Under the pieces are notes generated by a model. The model saw only the letters and a program-made list of their open reading frames with translations, searched no databases and was not told the origin of the DNA. Both the position numbers and the translations under genes were made by a program. A stretch of 64,000 nt of DNA from a plasmid: the sequence record NZ_CP085281.1. One strand, given 5' to 3'. Of this stretch, positions 1 to 10,501 are shown one piece after another; positions within the stretch are counted from its first letter, which is position 1, and each line of letters begins with the position of its first letter.

Positions 1-779
1 CCCATGTTCTGCTCGGTCGTCCGGTCGGACTCACGTTGAATGCTGTTCTCGCGGTAGCGAGCCACTGCGGCCTGCGCTTCGGCCTTCTGGGCGCCGTCGG
101 CAGTACGTTGGGCCATCCAGCTGGCCATGGAGGCCAGGCCGCCCACCCTGCCCTTGAGTTGCGCGGCCATGTTCTGGGCTTTGATCGCCTGCAGCTGCAC
201 GCGGTCGGTGGCCGCCATGGCGGCGTTGATGGCTTGGGTGATCAGCGGGGGGAAGCTAGTGACACCGGTCAGCGGCGGCAGTTTGGTGAACGGTTCGAAG
301 GTGGTGTTGGCGACCGTCTGGGCCAGGTAGTTGGTCTGCACGGCGATGTCCTGCATCCACATCTCCTGGTACTGACCTTCCCGGACACCGATGGGGATGG
401 CGTTCATGCCGAGGAAGTTGGTCATGTACAGCACTGCCGTGGTGACCCGGTTCTCCACGATTTCGACCATTTGGGCCATCGTGGTGTAGGCCTCGGTGAA
501 GGCTGCGGCTTGCGCGCCGGTGCGGGCGGCGGAGGTGAGGATCTGGGCCTGCAGCATCCGGTTGACCATGATGAACCGCACGACGGTGCGTTGCATGGCC
601 ATCGCCGCTTCGCCCTGCCATGAGGCCGCCAGGTAGGCCAGCATCGCGGTGAGGCGATCGATGGAGACTTCGTAAGCCGTTGCCGCGGCGGTGAATTCGG
701 TGGACGCTGCGGTCATCGGGGCCGCGCCGGCACCGGACATCAGGCGCCCGGTGATGACTTCGGGAGGACCGAACACCAT
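1..779 (-). CDS. PPE family protein, N-terminal part. The start codon is at 777-779; the gene runs off the window start.
   Basis: My reverse-strand translation from 779 gives MVFGPPEVITGRLMSGAGAAPMTAASTEFTAAATAYEVSIDRL... This carries a PPE motif near residue 5 and matches the PPE N-terminal helical domain. A strong SD (GGAGGGG) lies 6 nt upstream. It is absent from the ORF track because no stop falls inside the window. Confidence 0.8.
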   Translation of the reverse strand, partial: MVFGPPEVITGRLMSGAGAAPMTAASTEFTAAATAYEVSIDRLTAMLAYLAASWQGEAAMAMQRTVVRFIMVNRMLQAQILTSAARTGAQAAAFTEAYTTMAQMVEIVENRVTTAVLYMTNFLGMNAIPIGVREGQYQEMWMQDIAVQTNYLAQTVANTTFEPFTKLPPLTGVTSFPPLITQAINAAMAATDRVQLQAIKAQNMAAQLKGRVGGLASMASWMAQRTADGAQKAEAQAAVARYRENSIQRESDRTTEQNM

Positions 780-899
780 CAGTGGTTCCCCTCCGCTAGG
801 CCGTCCCGCAACGTGGTCCCCGGTATCGACGTCGTGTCGATACCGGCCCCCCGCCGCTGCTGTCGGTCCGCAGTCATGATCGTGTGGTGTGGTTCCCGG

Positions 900-1202
900 T
901 TACAGGAACTGGGTCGCGTTGGCGTCGTCGACCATCGAGTAGTTGGCGTCGGCGACGCCGAGCGTTCCGGCGAAGCGGGCCAACTCCAAGAACCCCATGG
1001 CCGAGGTGCCGAGCATGTCCGCCGAGTGTGCGCTGGTGTTGGCGGTGGCCAGGGCTGATGCCTCGTCGGTGCCCGCCGGTGCCGGCGCCATGATGACCGG
1101 GGCGCCGCCGTCGATGACGGCGGCCGTGGTGGCCACGTTGCTGGCCGTTTCGGCGACGCTGGACAACATGACCGGTGATACGACGTTGGTGATCACTAGC
1201 AA
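900..1202 (-). CDS. PE family protein (~100 aa)
   Basis: 100-aa ORF. APVIMAPAPAGTDEASALATANTSAHSADMLG and the C-terminal YSMVDDANA fit the PE domain consensus. Its position between eccC and PPE is typical of ESX loci. Confidence 0.8.
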   Translation of the reverse strand: MLVITNVVSPVMLSSVAETASNVATTAAVIDGGAPVIMAPAPAGTDEASALATANTSAHSADMLGTSAMGFLELARFAGTLGVADANYSMVDDANATQFL

Positions 1203-1342
1203 ACCTCATTCCCCTTGAGCCAAGGATACCGATCCCACGGCAATGTTACCTGTGATGGTAAAACTCGTCACCAGCATACCGCTACCGCAGAGGGGCGGTG
1301 TCGCACTTTTTCCTGCTCCAGGCAGTCCCAGCAGGCGCCGCA

Positions 1343-4300
1343 TCAGTCGCCCAGAGTGTCGTCGTCGCTGTAACGGATACCCGACCAGGCGCTCTGAACT
1401 CGGCCCTTCCGCGCGAAGCCGGGCTCGATGTATCGGGCCCGCCCCGGGATCCCGAAGTTCTCGAACTTGTCGTCGCCGATCTGGCCGTCGAACTTGTTCC
1501 CCGACAGCATCACCGTCGGGACGGCGTCGCCGAGCATTCGCCGCAGCACAGGGTCTCTGTTGATCGCCATGAACAGCTCTTCGGCTGCGCGGGCGATCAC
1601 GAAGTGCATACCGCGGGCCAGCGGCTCGTGGGCCATGGTGTCGTGCAGCTTGAAGAACGCGGGCTGCTCACCCATGGTTCGGGGGTTGGCGAACAGGTGG
1701 TAGTCGTCGACGACGAAGAAGATCTCCGGGCCGGTCCACCACGACCTGGCTGCACGCGTCTCGGCGTCGACGTTGGGCGGCAGGTCACGCTGATCGATCC
1801 TGAAGCGCTCCCACAGCTTCATCACCGATTCCCGCAGCTCGTCGTCGTTGGTGACGTAGGCGAACAGGTTCTTCTCGCTGATCTTGCCCAGGTGCCGGCG
1901 CCGGGGGTCGATGAAGATGACCGCCGCCTCGTCCAGGCCGCCGGGGAACCGACGCGTAATGCTGTCGTACACCGCCCCGATGGCCTCGCTCTTGCCCGAT
2001 TTGGCGTTGCCGGCGATGAGCAGGTGCGGTTCGCGCCACATCTCGGCGTAGGCCGGGGTGAGACGCTCCTCCTGAATACCGAAGGCGATGCGCAAGCGCC
2101 GCCGCGGGTCCCATCGTCCTTCGCGCTCGATCGCCTTCTCGTCGGCCTCCTTGACCATGACCGCGAGCTGCTCGTAGGTCAGCGACGTCGGCAGGGTCCG
2201 CAGGCGTTCGGCGGAGCTGGCGGCGAACTGCTGGGCGATTTGGCCCACCAGGGCGGTCATGCCTTCGTTGGTGGTGCTCGGGTCGTAGATGCCGTCGATG
2301 CGGGGCAGGGCAACCAGACCCTGGAGTTCGCTTCCCTTCGCCAAGGCGTGCCCGGGCGCGTTGCGGCGCTTCTTGGCCAAGGCGTTGTCGATGCGCGAGA
2401 ACTCCGTATCGGAGTGCAGCTCGATGATGCTGTTCATGTGCGGTTCGATGTCGCGCATTTCCACGACACGGGAGGTGGACAGCACCAGGTGCACGCCGTA
2501 GTTGAGGGCACCCACGATGAGCGATCCGACCTCGCTACCGCGGTACTGCAGGACCTGCCCTTCGCCCACGGCCGCATCCCACCCGTCAATCATGATGTAG
2601 ACGTCGCCGTAGCGGTCCTCGTTGAGCAGCGGATAGTCGGGGTTGGTGCGCAACCGCCGGTAGTCGGCCATGGTGCTGATCTTGTGATCGCGGAAGAGCC
2701 GTTCCCGGTCGGTGATCATGGTGCGGATCTGCAGGAGCATCCGGTTGATGGCGTCGGGCTCGGCGCGGGTGGCAACGCCGCCAACGTGCGGGAGATCGGC
2801 CAAGGGGCCCAGGCCGCCGCCGGCGTAGTCCACCAGGTACATCTGCACCTGCTCGGGGGTGTTGTGCAACGCCAGCGAGCACGCCAGAGTCTTGATCGCC
2901 GTGGACTTGCCCTTCTGCGCGCCGCCGATGATCAAGACGTTCTGATCGGTGGTGTCGACCGTCCAGACGGGCTGGGCATGCTTGATCGGATCGTCGAACA
3001 GCCCCATCGGTACCTTGAGCTTGGGTAGCGCAGTGTTGGCGGGCACCGCCCAGTTCCTCAACGCGGGCTCGGTCTGATCGAGGGTCTTGACCTCCAGCGG
3101 TGGCAGCCACATCCGGTACGGCGGCGGGAAGTCCGCCGAGCGCAGACGGTCGACCACGGTGGTGAAGATGGTCGGGGCGTTCTCGAGTTCCTCTTCGGTG
3201 TGTTCCAGTTCGCTGACCACCTCGACCGAATCGTCGGCGGTCTTGGGCAGCGGCGCCTCGATCGCCGTGAACGCCTGCGGGCCTACGAAACCACCTTCAT
3301 CGGAGCGGGTTTGGGCACGCTCGACGATGGCCTCCGAGGCCGGCGGGAAGTACGCCGCACCGGTGAAGCCGGCGTAGAACTGCGTTAGCTCACCGACCCG
3401 GTCACCGGCACTTGGGAGCAGGATGCCGTGCCCGGGGGTGCCCGGCAGGCGGTAGGCGGCATCGGAGCTGTCCAGCAGGGCCCGCGATTCCTGCGGAGTT
3501 TGGGTCTTCAGGCCGATCTTGTAGCCGATGTTGGACTCCAGCCCGCTGGTGCGGCCCGAGATGTCGAGGTTCTGCGAGGCGAACAGCAGATAGATGCCCA
3601 GCGAGCGGCCGACGCGGCCGATGCGCTTGAACAGCGGGCCGAAGTCGGGGTGCGCGGCGAGCAGCTCGGCGAACTCGTCGATGATCACGAACAGCGACGG
3701 CAGCGGAGGCAGGTCGACACCACGTTCACGCAGCTGCTCGTAGTCGCGAATGTCCTTGACGTCGTAGCGGTTACTCAGCTCATCGGCACCGCGCAGAACC
3801 GCGAACCGGCGGGCGATCTCGCCGTCGATCATCTCCGCCATACGAGACACCAGGTGAGCTTCTTGCTCCATGTTGGTAATGACCGCCGTCACGTGCGGCA
3901 GATCGCCCATGCCCAGGAACGTCGGGCCGCCCTTGAAGTCCACCAGTAGCAAGTTGAGCATGTCCGGCGAATGCGAGACGCACGCATTGATCACCAAGTT
4001 GCGCAGGAACTCCGACTTACCCGACCCGGTGGTGCCCAGCAGCTGCCCATGCGGCCCGGTACCGCCGTCGGCGGCCTGCTTGATGTCCAAATCGAGCCGG
4101 TCACCGTTGGACAGGAACCCAATGGGGATGCGCAGCCGGCGCTTGTCGCCGTAGCGGCTGATCGCACTCCAGATTTCGATCGGATCCAGCGCACCCGGAT
4201 CCCGCACCCTCATCAGGGTCTGCCAATCACGGCCGCGCTCGGACTGCTTGGCTTGGCGTCCAAGGCTGGTCAGCGAGGCCACCTCGTATTTGGCCAGCTG

Positions 4301-5521
4301 CCGCGCGGTCGTGCGCGCATCGGTCAGCGACACCTGGTCGGCCACAGCGACTTTGGTGGGTTCAGCCAGCGGCTTGTCGGCTTCAGTGCGCCACACCGTG
4401 CGGTCAGCGTCGCATCGCAGCACGATGCCTTCACTGGAAGTCAGGGCGTTGTCCGGCGGATTGACCATCAGCCAGGTCACCGCCGCTCTCGGCGCGATGA
4501 CCGAGTCGATCAGCTTGTCGGTCACCGTCGAGTCGACGACCACCAGGACGTGGCGGTACTTGTCATTGGTGAATTCGACGTGGGGATCGAAGTTCAGCGT
4601 GAAGTCGATGATCTTGGCGGGATCATCGTCATCCTCGCCGCCAACCCCGGCCGTCAGCGTCGACCAGTCCGAGTACATCATTCGCGCGCTGCCGAGTCGG
4701 TCGAGCTTGAGCGGATGCTGGGTGTGGGGCAGCCATTTCATCCACGACCATTGCGGGCCGTCGGGATCGTCGGTGAGCACGACCATGGCCAGGTTGTCTG
4801 GGCCGTGGGTGACCGCGGCGTGCAGCAGCATCGCGCGCAGCATGCCCAGCGCCACCTCGCGCTCACCAGAGAACCCGATGATCGGGAAGCGGGCAGTCGC
4901 CAGCGCCAACGGCATCGACGACACGGTGGAGTGGTGTCGCAGGAAGCGGACGGTCTGGACCCAGCCGACCGGCTCCAGGAACTCCCCCGGAGGGGCTTCG
5001 GGGGCCACGATCCGCGCCGCCAACTCCACCTCACCGAGCCCGTAGCGCAGCGCGGTGTATGCGTCGTTGGTGGGGGTGACTTCCCACATGCGTTCGGTCC
5101 CAATGAGACTGGGCAGGATGACTGGGTCCGGAAAGGTGTGCTGGAGTCCTTCGTGCATGCTCAGGCCGCGGTCGAACACCTTCTCGCGGGTGACGCCCAG
5201 GCCGCGGGTTTGCGCCTTGCGATCGGCCAGCAGTTGGGCCCGTGAGGTACCGCCGCCGCTTTGGCCCGACATCATGCCACCCATGCTGGCGATGATCATC
5301 AGCGGGAACAGGACCATCATGGGGTTGAAGCGCCCCGAGCGCAGCATCAGCGCGACCATGCCGGCTACTGCCACCAGCATGAACAGCGGCATGCCGATCG
5401 TTTTCAGCTTGGATGCCGGCTCGCCTTCCTCGATTTCCTTGGGCGGCGGCACGGCAACCTCGTCACGGGAGATCCGCGGCGGCGCAACCGGTGTGAACGG
5501 TCTGTTGAAGCTGATACGCAC
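1343..5521 (-). CDS. eccC: ESX type VII secretion FtsK/SpoIIIE-family ATPase EccC (fused EccCa/Cb form, 1392 aa)
   Basis: 1392-aa ORF with an N-terminal TM region and three P-loop FtsK-like ATPase domains (GTTGSGKSE, GGAQKGKST, GNAKSGKSE). A GTG start overlaps the eccB stop. Confidence 0.9.
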   Translation of the reverse strand: MRISFNRPFTPVAPPRISRDEVAVPPPKEIEEGEPASKLKTIGMPLFMLVAVAGMVALMLRSGRFNPMMVLFPLMIIASMGGMMSGQSGGGTSRAQLLADRKAQTRGLGVTREKVFDRGLSMHEGLQHTFPDPVILPSLIGTERMWEVTPTNDAYTALRYGLGEVELAARIVAPEAPPGEFLEPVGWVQTVRFLRHHSTVSSMPLALATARFPIIGFSGEREVALGMLRAMLLHAAVTHGPDNLAMVVLTDDPDGPQWSWMKWLPHTQHPLKLDRLGSARMMYSDWSTLTAGVGGEDDDDPAKIIDFTLNFDPHVEFTNDKYRHVLVVVDSTVTDKLIDSVIAPRAAVTWLMVNPPDNALTSSEGIVLRCDADRTVWRTEADKPLAEPTKVAVADQVSLTDARTTARQLAKYEVASLTSLGRQAKQSERGRDWQTLMRVRDPGALDPIEIWSAISRYGDKRRLRIPIGFLSNGDRLDLDIKQAADGGTGPHGQLLGTTGSGKSEFLRNLVINACVSHSPDMLNLLLVDFKGGPTFLGMGDLPHVTAVITNMEQEAHLVSRMAEMIDGEIARRFAVLRGADELSNRYDVKDIRDYEQLRERGVDLPPLPSLFVIIDEFAELLAAHPDFGPLFKRIGRVGRSLGIYLLFASQNLDISGRTSGLESNIGYKIGLKTQTPQESRALLDSSDAAYRLPGTPGHGILLPSAGDRVGELTQFYAGFTGAAYFPPASEAIVERAQTRSDEGGFVGPQAFTAIEAPLPKTADDSVEVVSELEHTEEELENAPTIFTTVVDRLRSADFPPPYRMWLPPLEVKTLDQTEPALRNWAVPANTALPKLKVPMGLFDDPIKHAQPVWTVDTTDQNVLIIGGAQKGKSTAIKTLACSLALHNTPEQVQMYLVDYAGGGLGPLADLPHVGGVATRAEPDAINRMLLQIRTMITDRERLFRDHKISTMADYRRLRTNPDYPLLNEDRYGDVYIMIDGWDAAVGEGQVLQYRGSEVGSLIVGALNYGVHLVLSTSRVVEMRDIEPHMNSIIELHSDTEFSRIDNALAKKRRNAPGHALAKGSELQGLVALPRIDGIYDPSTTNEGMTALVGQIAQQFAASSAERLRTLPTSLTYEQLAVMVKEADEKAIEREGRWDPRRRLRIAFGIQEERLTPAYAEMWREPHLLIAGNAKSGKSEAIGAVYDSITRRFPGGLDEAAVIFIDPRRRHLGKISEKNLFAYVTNDDELRESVMKLWERFRIDQRDLPPNVDAETRAARSWWTGPEIFFVVDDYHLFANPRTMGEQPAFFKLHDTMAHEPLARGMHFVIARAAEELFMAINRDPVLRRMLGDAVPTVMLSGNKFDGQIGDDKFENFGIPGRARYIEPGFARKGRVQSAWSGIRYSDDDTLGD

Positions 5522-5522
5522 C

Positions 5523-7106
5523 CTACTTCACTTCCTTCTTGTCCAGGCCGGCGACGATCGGGTTAGGTGGCATACCGTCGTGGCGGATGAGCGCGTCCTT
5601 CTGCGACAGCGTCGGGCCCGGGGCGAACAGTGAGACCACCACCCACGGAGCGGGTACCGGATAGTGCAGTTTCAGCGCGGTCAGGGTGACGTCCCCGGAT
5701 TCCCTGTCGGAGGTGTCCAGCCCGAACCGCACACCCGTGTCGGCGATCCAGAAGTAGGACTCACGCAGCCGTGAATCCGTTGCCGCACTGGTCACTTGGA
5801 CGAACCGACCGGTTGTCGATGGCATGTACACCTGGTCGGCGGTCATGCCCTCCGACGATGGCGCGGAGACCATCGGCACCAACGCCTTGACCTGCTGCGG
5901 TGTGAGCGGCAGGGTGCGCCCGGTGATGACTTCGGTGCGGGAGGTGGGGTCGTCTCCGTAGTGCGACCACGACCAGCAGGTGACCGGCTCGTTGTCGGCG
6001 TCGACCAGCTGCACCGCGTCCTGCGGGTAGAACGACACCGCCAGCTGCGTGGACTTCGGGAACGCGGCCAATGCGTCGGGCCCGACCTCGATGGGGGCGG
6101 TGCTGACTTGGGGATTGGCTGCCCGGATCATCGTCGCCGCGGTCAGGCTCACTTGCTGCACACCGTCGGGCAGCGTGGCGTAGTAGGTCTTCTGACCAGC
6201 CAAGTCACGCGCGGTCAAGATGGACCCCACCGTCAGCGGCTTGTCCCCGGCGAACGCCGGGCGGTCACCAACACCGGCGATGGCTGGGGCCACCAGTGGC
6301 GGTTCGGCCGGGATCGCGTTGAACAGGCCCTGCGAGATCGGCAGCACCAGATCGCTGGCCTTGAGTCCGAGCGCATCAGCGACGATGGGGTCGGTGATGT
6401 TGACCGTCGAGCGCACCACCACCCCGTCGGGTCGCGAGTAGATCAGCCAGGTGCGGTTGTCGTAACCCACCAGCCGCGCCTGGTTGCCACCCATCGTCGC
6501 GGTGTCGGCGCCCTTGGTGAGCGGGCCGCCGATCGCGGTGGTGGTGACCGGGGATCGCGCCGTGGTCGGCAAACCCGAAACCGGATCCAGCGGCACCGCG
6601 GCACCGGTCATCGTGGTGTCGCACACTGTCCAGATCGACGACGAATCCTGCACGTCACGAATATCGTTGGGGGCGCCGGGAATTCCAACAAGAGAGCCGC
6701 GCGGGTACTTGTCGATCTCGGCGGCACTGGCTTTCACCGGATTGTCTGGTTGGCCGACGATCAGCCGCGCGGAGGTCAGGTTGGTCACTGGATCGAGGCG
6801 GTCACCGACACGGATGTAGAGCGCCCCGGTGTCCTTGTCGGCGACGATCTTGGCGTCCTTGACCTGACCGGCCGGGGAGAACAGACCCCACACCACCGCG
6901 CCGATGCACACCACGATCCCGAGTGCGATACCCAGCACCAGGGGTGAAGCTTGCTGACGCTGAGGGTCGTCGATCATGCGGGTGTCGCGGCGGACCAGAG
7001 CATGCTGCAGGCGGCGGTAGAGGAATCGCCACCCGGTGACCTGATACTTCGCCGTGAGCCGGAAGCCACGGCGGCGACGCTGCTCGGGCCCTTCCAGTTC
7101 AGCCAC
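5523..7106 (-). CDS. eccB: ESX membrane component EccB
   Basis: 527 aa. The N-terminus (RLTAKYQVTGWRFLYRRLQHALVRRDTRMIDDP) followed by a single TM then a large periplasmic-type domain matches the EccB family. It lies between eccA and eccC. Confidence 0.85.
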   Translation of the reverse strand: MAELEGPEQRRRRGFRLTAKYQVTGWRFLYRRLQHALVRRDTRMIDDPQRQQASPLVLGIALGIVVCIGAVVWGLFSPAGQVKDAKIVADKDTGALYIRVGDRLDPVTNLTSARLIVGQPDNPVKASAAEIDKYPRGSLVGIPGAPNDIRDVQDSSSIWTVCDTTMTGAAVPLDPVSGLPTTARSPVTTTAIGGPLTKGADTATMGGNQARLVGYDNRTWLIYSRPDGVVVRSTVNITDPIVADALGLKASDLVLPISQGLFNAIPAEPPLVAPAIAGVGDRPAFAGDKPLTVGSILTARDLAGQKTYYATLPDGVQQVSLTAATMIRAANPQVSTAPIEVGPDALAAFPKSTQLAVSFYPQDAVQLVDADNEPVTCWSWSHYGDDPTSRTEVITGRTLPLTPQQVKALVPMVSAPSSEGMTADQVYMPSTTGRFVQVTSAATDSRLRESYFWIADTGVRFGLDTSDRESGDVTLTALKLHYPVPAPWVVVSLFAPGPTLSQKDALIRHDGMPPNPIVAGLDKKEVK

Positions 7107-7120
7107 AGCTGCTCTCCCGA

Positions 7121-8977
7121 CTACTCATGAAATGGAACCCCTTGTGTGGCGCAGACTTCGCGGAATGCCTCGGCGACGTCGCTGTCCTCGATCGTGACGA
7201 GCGCTTCCTTGACCGACAGATCGACGTCGGTGCTGGTGTTGAGCCGGTAATCACGGACCTCGGTGGCCTTCTCGGTGACGTTGCGGATGAAGCGCGCGTT
7301 GCCGGCCTTGTCGATTCCCGACACCACACGTGGGTTACCGCTGGAGTCGACGTCATCGACCTGCATGGCGGCCAGGATCTTCAGCTGCCGCAGCAATAGA
7401 TCCTGCGCGGCCGTCGAGTAAAGCGAATTCTCCGAACTGGCCATCAGATCGGCGATCTGCACCAGGTCCTCGGGGGTGTAGGACTCGAAACGGATCTTGG
7501 ACGTAAATCGTGAGGCCAAGCCCTCGTTCATCGTGAGGAACCGGTCGATATCCGCCTCATAGCCGGCGATCACCGTCACTAGTTTCTTGTTCGGATCCTC
7601 GGTCTTGCGCTCGTTCTCCAGCCGGGCCAGCAGCGTATCCACGGCCTCCTGGCCGTAGGCATCTCCATCGGAGTAGCCCCGCTGATACAGCGAATAGGCC
7701 TCATCAATGAACAGCAGCCCACCCAGCGCCTTATCGATGACGGCGTTGGTCTTCTGCGCCGTCTTGCCCAGGTACGTGTCGACCAACTGGGGCCGGGAGG
7801 CCTCCACGACCTCGGGCCGGGCGATCACGCCGAGCCCGAACAACAACTGGGCCAGCACGCGCGCCATCGTGGTCTTACCGGTGCCCGGAGGGCCGATGAA
7901 GATGTAGGCCGCGCCGACGTCCTTTTTGGCGATGCCCATCTCGGCACGCCTCTGGTCCATCACCGCCTTCGATTCCAGGCGACGGATCTGATCCTTGACC
8001 GCGTTCATGCCGATCTGCTTGTCCAGCAGCGCCATTGCCTCAGCACGCACGGTCTCGCGCCGCTGCTCTCGCGCCTCAGTCTCCAGCGCCGCGGCCGAGG
8101 TACCCGATTCTGGATCCCACACATCGGTCCTGGTGGCCAGCGAGGATGCGGTGACGATCTCGATCGTCTTCTCCGGATCGTCGATCGCGGCCTGCACCTC
8201 GGGCAGATTCATCCAGGCCTGCAGCTCCTTGAACGCCTGCATGGCCTCATCGCGCTGGCCCTGCGCGCGCAACGCGTAGCCCCGCCCCAAAACCAGCTTG
8301 GCGTGGACCTCATTGGGCAAACCACCGCTGGCCAAACCACTTTCGGCGTACCGCTGCGCTTCGGCGGGGTTGCCGGTACCGACCAGCGCCCACACCTTCC
8401 ACACCAGCATGCCGGCGTTGAGCAGCTTGACGAAGTCGGGATTGTCCTGCGAGCGCCACTGTTGCCTGCCTTCGAAGCTGAGCACATCGGGCCAGCGCCG
8501 CGCCAAGCCGAGCAGCCCCAGCCGCACATAGTCGAGCAGGTCCGAATCCAGCGTCGACATGTTCGGTTGACGGGCTTCTCGAGTGATGACCTCGTCGGCC
8601 TTGGCCAGCTGCGGCGGGTGCGCTTCGGCCAATGCGGCGGCATAGGCGATCGCCACGTGCATGCGGGTGTGGGTCGGCATGCCCAGCGCGAACGATCCCA
8701 GCGTCATCGACGTCATGACCTTCAAGTCCGCGACGGTCATCTGTGCGGTCCTGAGCGCGGCCCCCAGGTTGGTCACCGACCGGTAGGCGCCGGCGGCCAC
8801 ATCCAAGGACTTCTCCCCGGCAGCAAGCCGGCCCAACCAGGCATCGCACATGGTGGGGTCTGCCTCGACGGCCTGGCGGAACGCCTCACGCGCCTCATCG
8901 GCTTGACTGTTGCGCAGGTATCTCAACCCCAACACGAATACGTCGAGTGGTTTGGTTCCGACCCCTGTTGTCATCAC
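7121..8977 (-). CDS. eccA: ESX AAA+ ATPase EccA (TPR N-domain plus CbxX-type AAA C-domain)
   Basis: 618 aa. The C-terminal Walker A (IFIGPPGTGKTTMARVLAQLL) and LFIDEAYSL Walker B match the CbxX/EccA family. The N-terminus is TPR-like and helical. Confidence 0.85.
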   Translation of the reverse strand: MMTTGVGTKPLDVFVLGLRYLRNSQADEAREAFRQAVEADPTMCDAWLGRLAAGEKSLDVAAGAYRSVTNLGAALRTAQMTVADLKVMTSMTLGSFALGMPTHTRMHVAIAYAAALAEAHPPQLAKADEVITREARQPNMSTLDSDLLDYVRLGLLGLARRWPDVLSFEGRQQWRSQDNPDFVKLLNAGMLVWKVWALVGTGNPAEAQRYAESGLASGGLPNEVHAKLVLGRGYALRAQGQRDEAMQAFKELQAWMNLPEVQAAIDDPEKTIEIVTASSLATRTDVWDPESGTSAAALETEAREQRRETVRAEAMALLDKQIGMNAVKDQIRRLESKAVMDQRRAEMGIAKKDVGAAYIFIGPPGTGKTTMARVLAQLLFGLGVIARPEVVEASRPQLVDTYLGKTAQKTNAVIDKALGGLLFIDEAYSLYQRGYSDGDAYGQEAVDTLLARLENERKTEDPNKKLVTVIAGYEADIDRFLTMNEGLASRFTSKIRFESYTPEDLVQIADLMASSENSLYSTAAQDLLLRQLKILAAMQVDDVDSSGNPRVVSGIDKAGNARFIRNVTEKATEVRDYRLNTSTDVDLSVKEALVTIEDSDVAEAFREVCATQGVPFHE

Positions 8978-9029
8978 TTACCCCAGCCCTCTACGTCGCC
9001 ACGGACACCGCCACGTCCCAGACGTGCAG

Positions 9030-9800
9030 TTATGCGACGATCCTAGTCGGGCTCGACGGGGTCAACCGGTGCCGACCGTTGACGAAAATGCGGCCTCCAG
9101 CAACACCTGTGTAGTGGCTGGCCTTGGCCTCCTGCGCGCAGGATTCCATCAGCGGGCATCCCTTGCAGAGCATTTCGGCCTCAGCGCAAGCGACCCGGCA
9201 TTGGGTCTTGCTGCCGCCGGCGGCAAAGACGTGCTCGACCCGGTCCTCCCAGGCGGTGATCACCCCGATGTTGGTTCGGCAGTTCGGCACGTTCGCTGCC
9301 GCGGGGGCAGCGCCGGGCCGGCGGGCACCGGGCCCGCGACGGTTGGCCAGCGCCCGCGCCAGTCGAGCGGCCGCGCCGGCGTGCACGGGGCCCGCGGGAA
9401 CAGCACCAGCGGGCCGCGGCCGCGGCGGTGCTGCCGTCACAGCGGCGGCGGTAGCAGCTGCGCTGGCCTGTGCGCGCGCAAGCTGTTGCGCCCGTTCGGA
9501 TGTGGCTTTCTGGATCAGTGCGGTGGCGTCACTGCCGTTGGGGCCGGTTCCCGGCATCGGCACATCACCTAGGACCGCCGGGTCGATGTCCAGTGCCGCC
9601 ATGAACGGGGCCAGCATGCTCGGCGGGGCAGCCAGGACCGCGCTGGCGGTGTCGACCAGGCCGAGACCGTTGAGGTGGTCGACGATCTTGCGCCGCGCGA
9701 GGCGGCTCTGTCGACGGTTGCCGTTGGCGCGGGCGGCGGCCGGATAGCTGGTGCAGCTGGCGCAGCGACGGCGGGTTCCGTCCTTGAGGGATCGGCACAT
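9030..9800 (-). CDS. Fusion protein: N-terminal Cys domain shared with the 10821-12983 product, plus a C-terminal WhiB-like Fe-S motif
   Basis: The C-terminus (CRVACAEAEMLCKGCPLMESC ... GVAGG) matches the WhiB C-X2-C-X5-C plus GVWGG pattern. The start is trimmed to MCRSLKDG (ATG at 9798-9800), by analogy with the paralog start MCRSTQHG. Confidence 0.5.
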   Translation of the reverse strand: MCRSLKDGTRRRCASCTSYPAAARANGNRRQSRLARRKIVDHLNGLGLVDTASAVLAAPPSMLAPFMAALDIDPAVLGDVPMPGTGPNGSDATALIQKATSERAQQLARAQASAAATAAAVTAAPPRPRPAGAVPAGPVHAGAAARLARALANRRGPGARRPGAAPAAANVPNCRTNIGVITAWEDRVEHVFAAGGSKTQCRVACAEAEMLCKGCPLMESCAQEAKASHYTGVAGGRIFVNGRHRLTPSSPTRIVA

Positions 9801-10117
9801 CAGAAGGCCCCCGCAATCGGTTGGGCCGGAGTACGACGAAACATGGTTCCCCTTCCGGTGAAGGTGTCTTTGGCACGGCCAGACTAACCCAAATCCGGAA
9901 AGTTCACCACCCTTGGTAAGTTTTAAGTTGCCTCCCGACACCCTGCGTGTGCCCGTTCGCCCATGTCATAGCCGCTACCTAGGCGGCATTCGTAGTTTCT
10001 CCACGGACACCGGCGCCATGGGGGAAAGTGCAGTCTCGACCGGCGCGCCGCACCGACCGCCAACCCCGCGGCGGGCAGGATTCCAGCTACCACTCAACAC
10101 AGCGGAGATCAGAGCCG

Positions 10118-10501
10118 ATGAACGACGAACCGCACCGCAGCGACGAGGACGCCCCACCCACCGGTGCGCCCCACGACGACTGCACCGGCTTGCTCGAACA
10201 GCTGGCGGCGGCCTCACTGGTGGCCGAAGCCGAAGACCTCACCCGCGGCGTGCGCCACTTGTCGATCGCCACCGGCGACCCCGAAACCGAGGACGAGCTG
10301 GCCCGCATCAACACCCTCACCACCGCAGCGTGGACCTCACGGCCAGGGGCAGCCACGACGTCGATCCGCGGAGGCGGCGACTATCTGACCGTGCGCGTCG
10401 AGGGACCTGATGCAGAAAGGTTCGTCGACGACCTCGCCGAGCTTGCCCGGCAACTCAACCCCGGGTTCTGGCGCATCACACGCTCCGCGCACCCCTTCTG
10501 A
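10118..10501 (+). CDS. hypothetical acidic protein
   Basis: An internal ATG is preceded by GGAG, and the longer ORF shows a compositional shift after that point. No recognisable domain. Confidence 0.3.
   Translation: MNDEPHRSDEDAPPTGAPHDDCTGLLEQLAAASLVAEAEDLTRGVRHLSIATGDPETEDELARINTLTTAAWTSRPGAATTSIRGGGDYLTVRVEGPDAERFVDDLAELARQLNPGFWRITRSAHPF

Noticed and set aside
1298-5245. Long plus-strand ORFs (1298-3028, 3428-3949, 3971-5245, 4248-5045) antisense to eccC
   Set aside because: Arg/Gly/Pro/Val-rich products typical of out-of-frame translation in ~67% GC DNA. They fully overlap a well-supported 1392-aa EccC.
5796-6947. 383-aa plus-strand ORF antisense to eccB
   Set aside because: Same GC artefact. 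EccB on the opposite strand has family-specific motifs.
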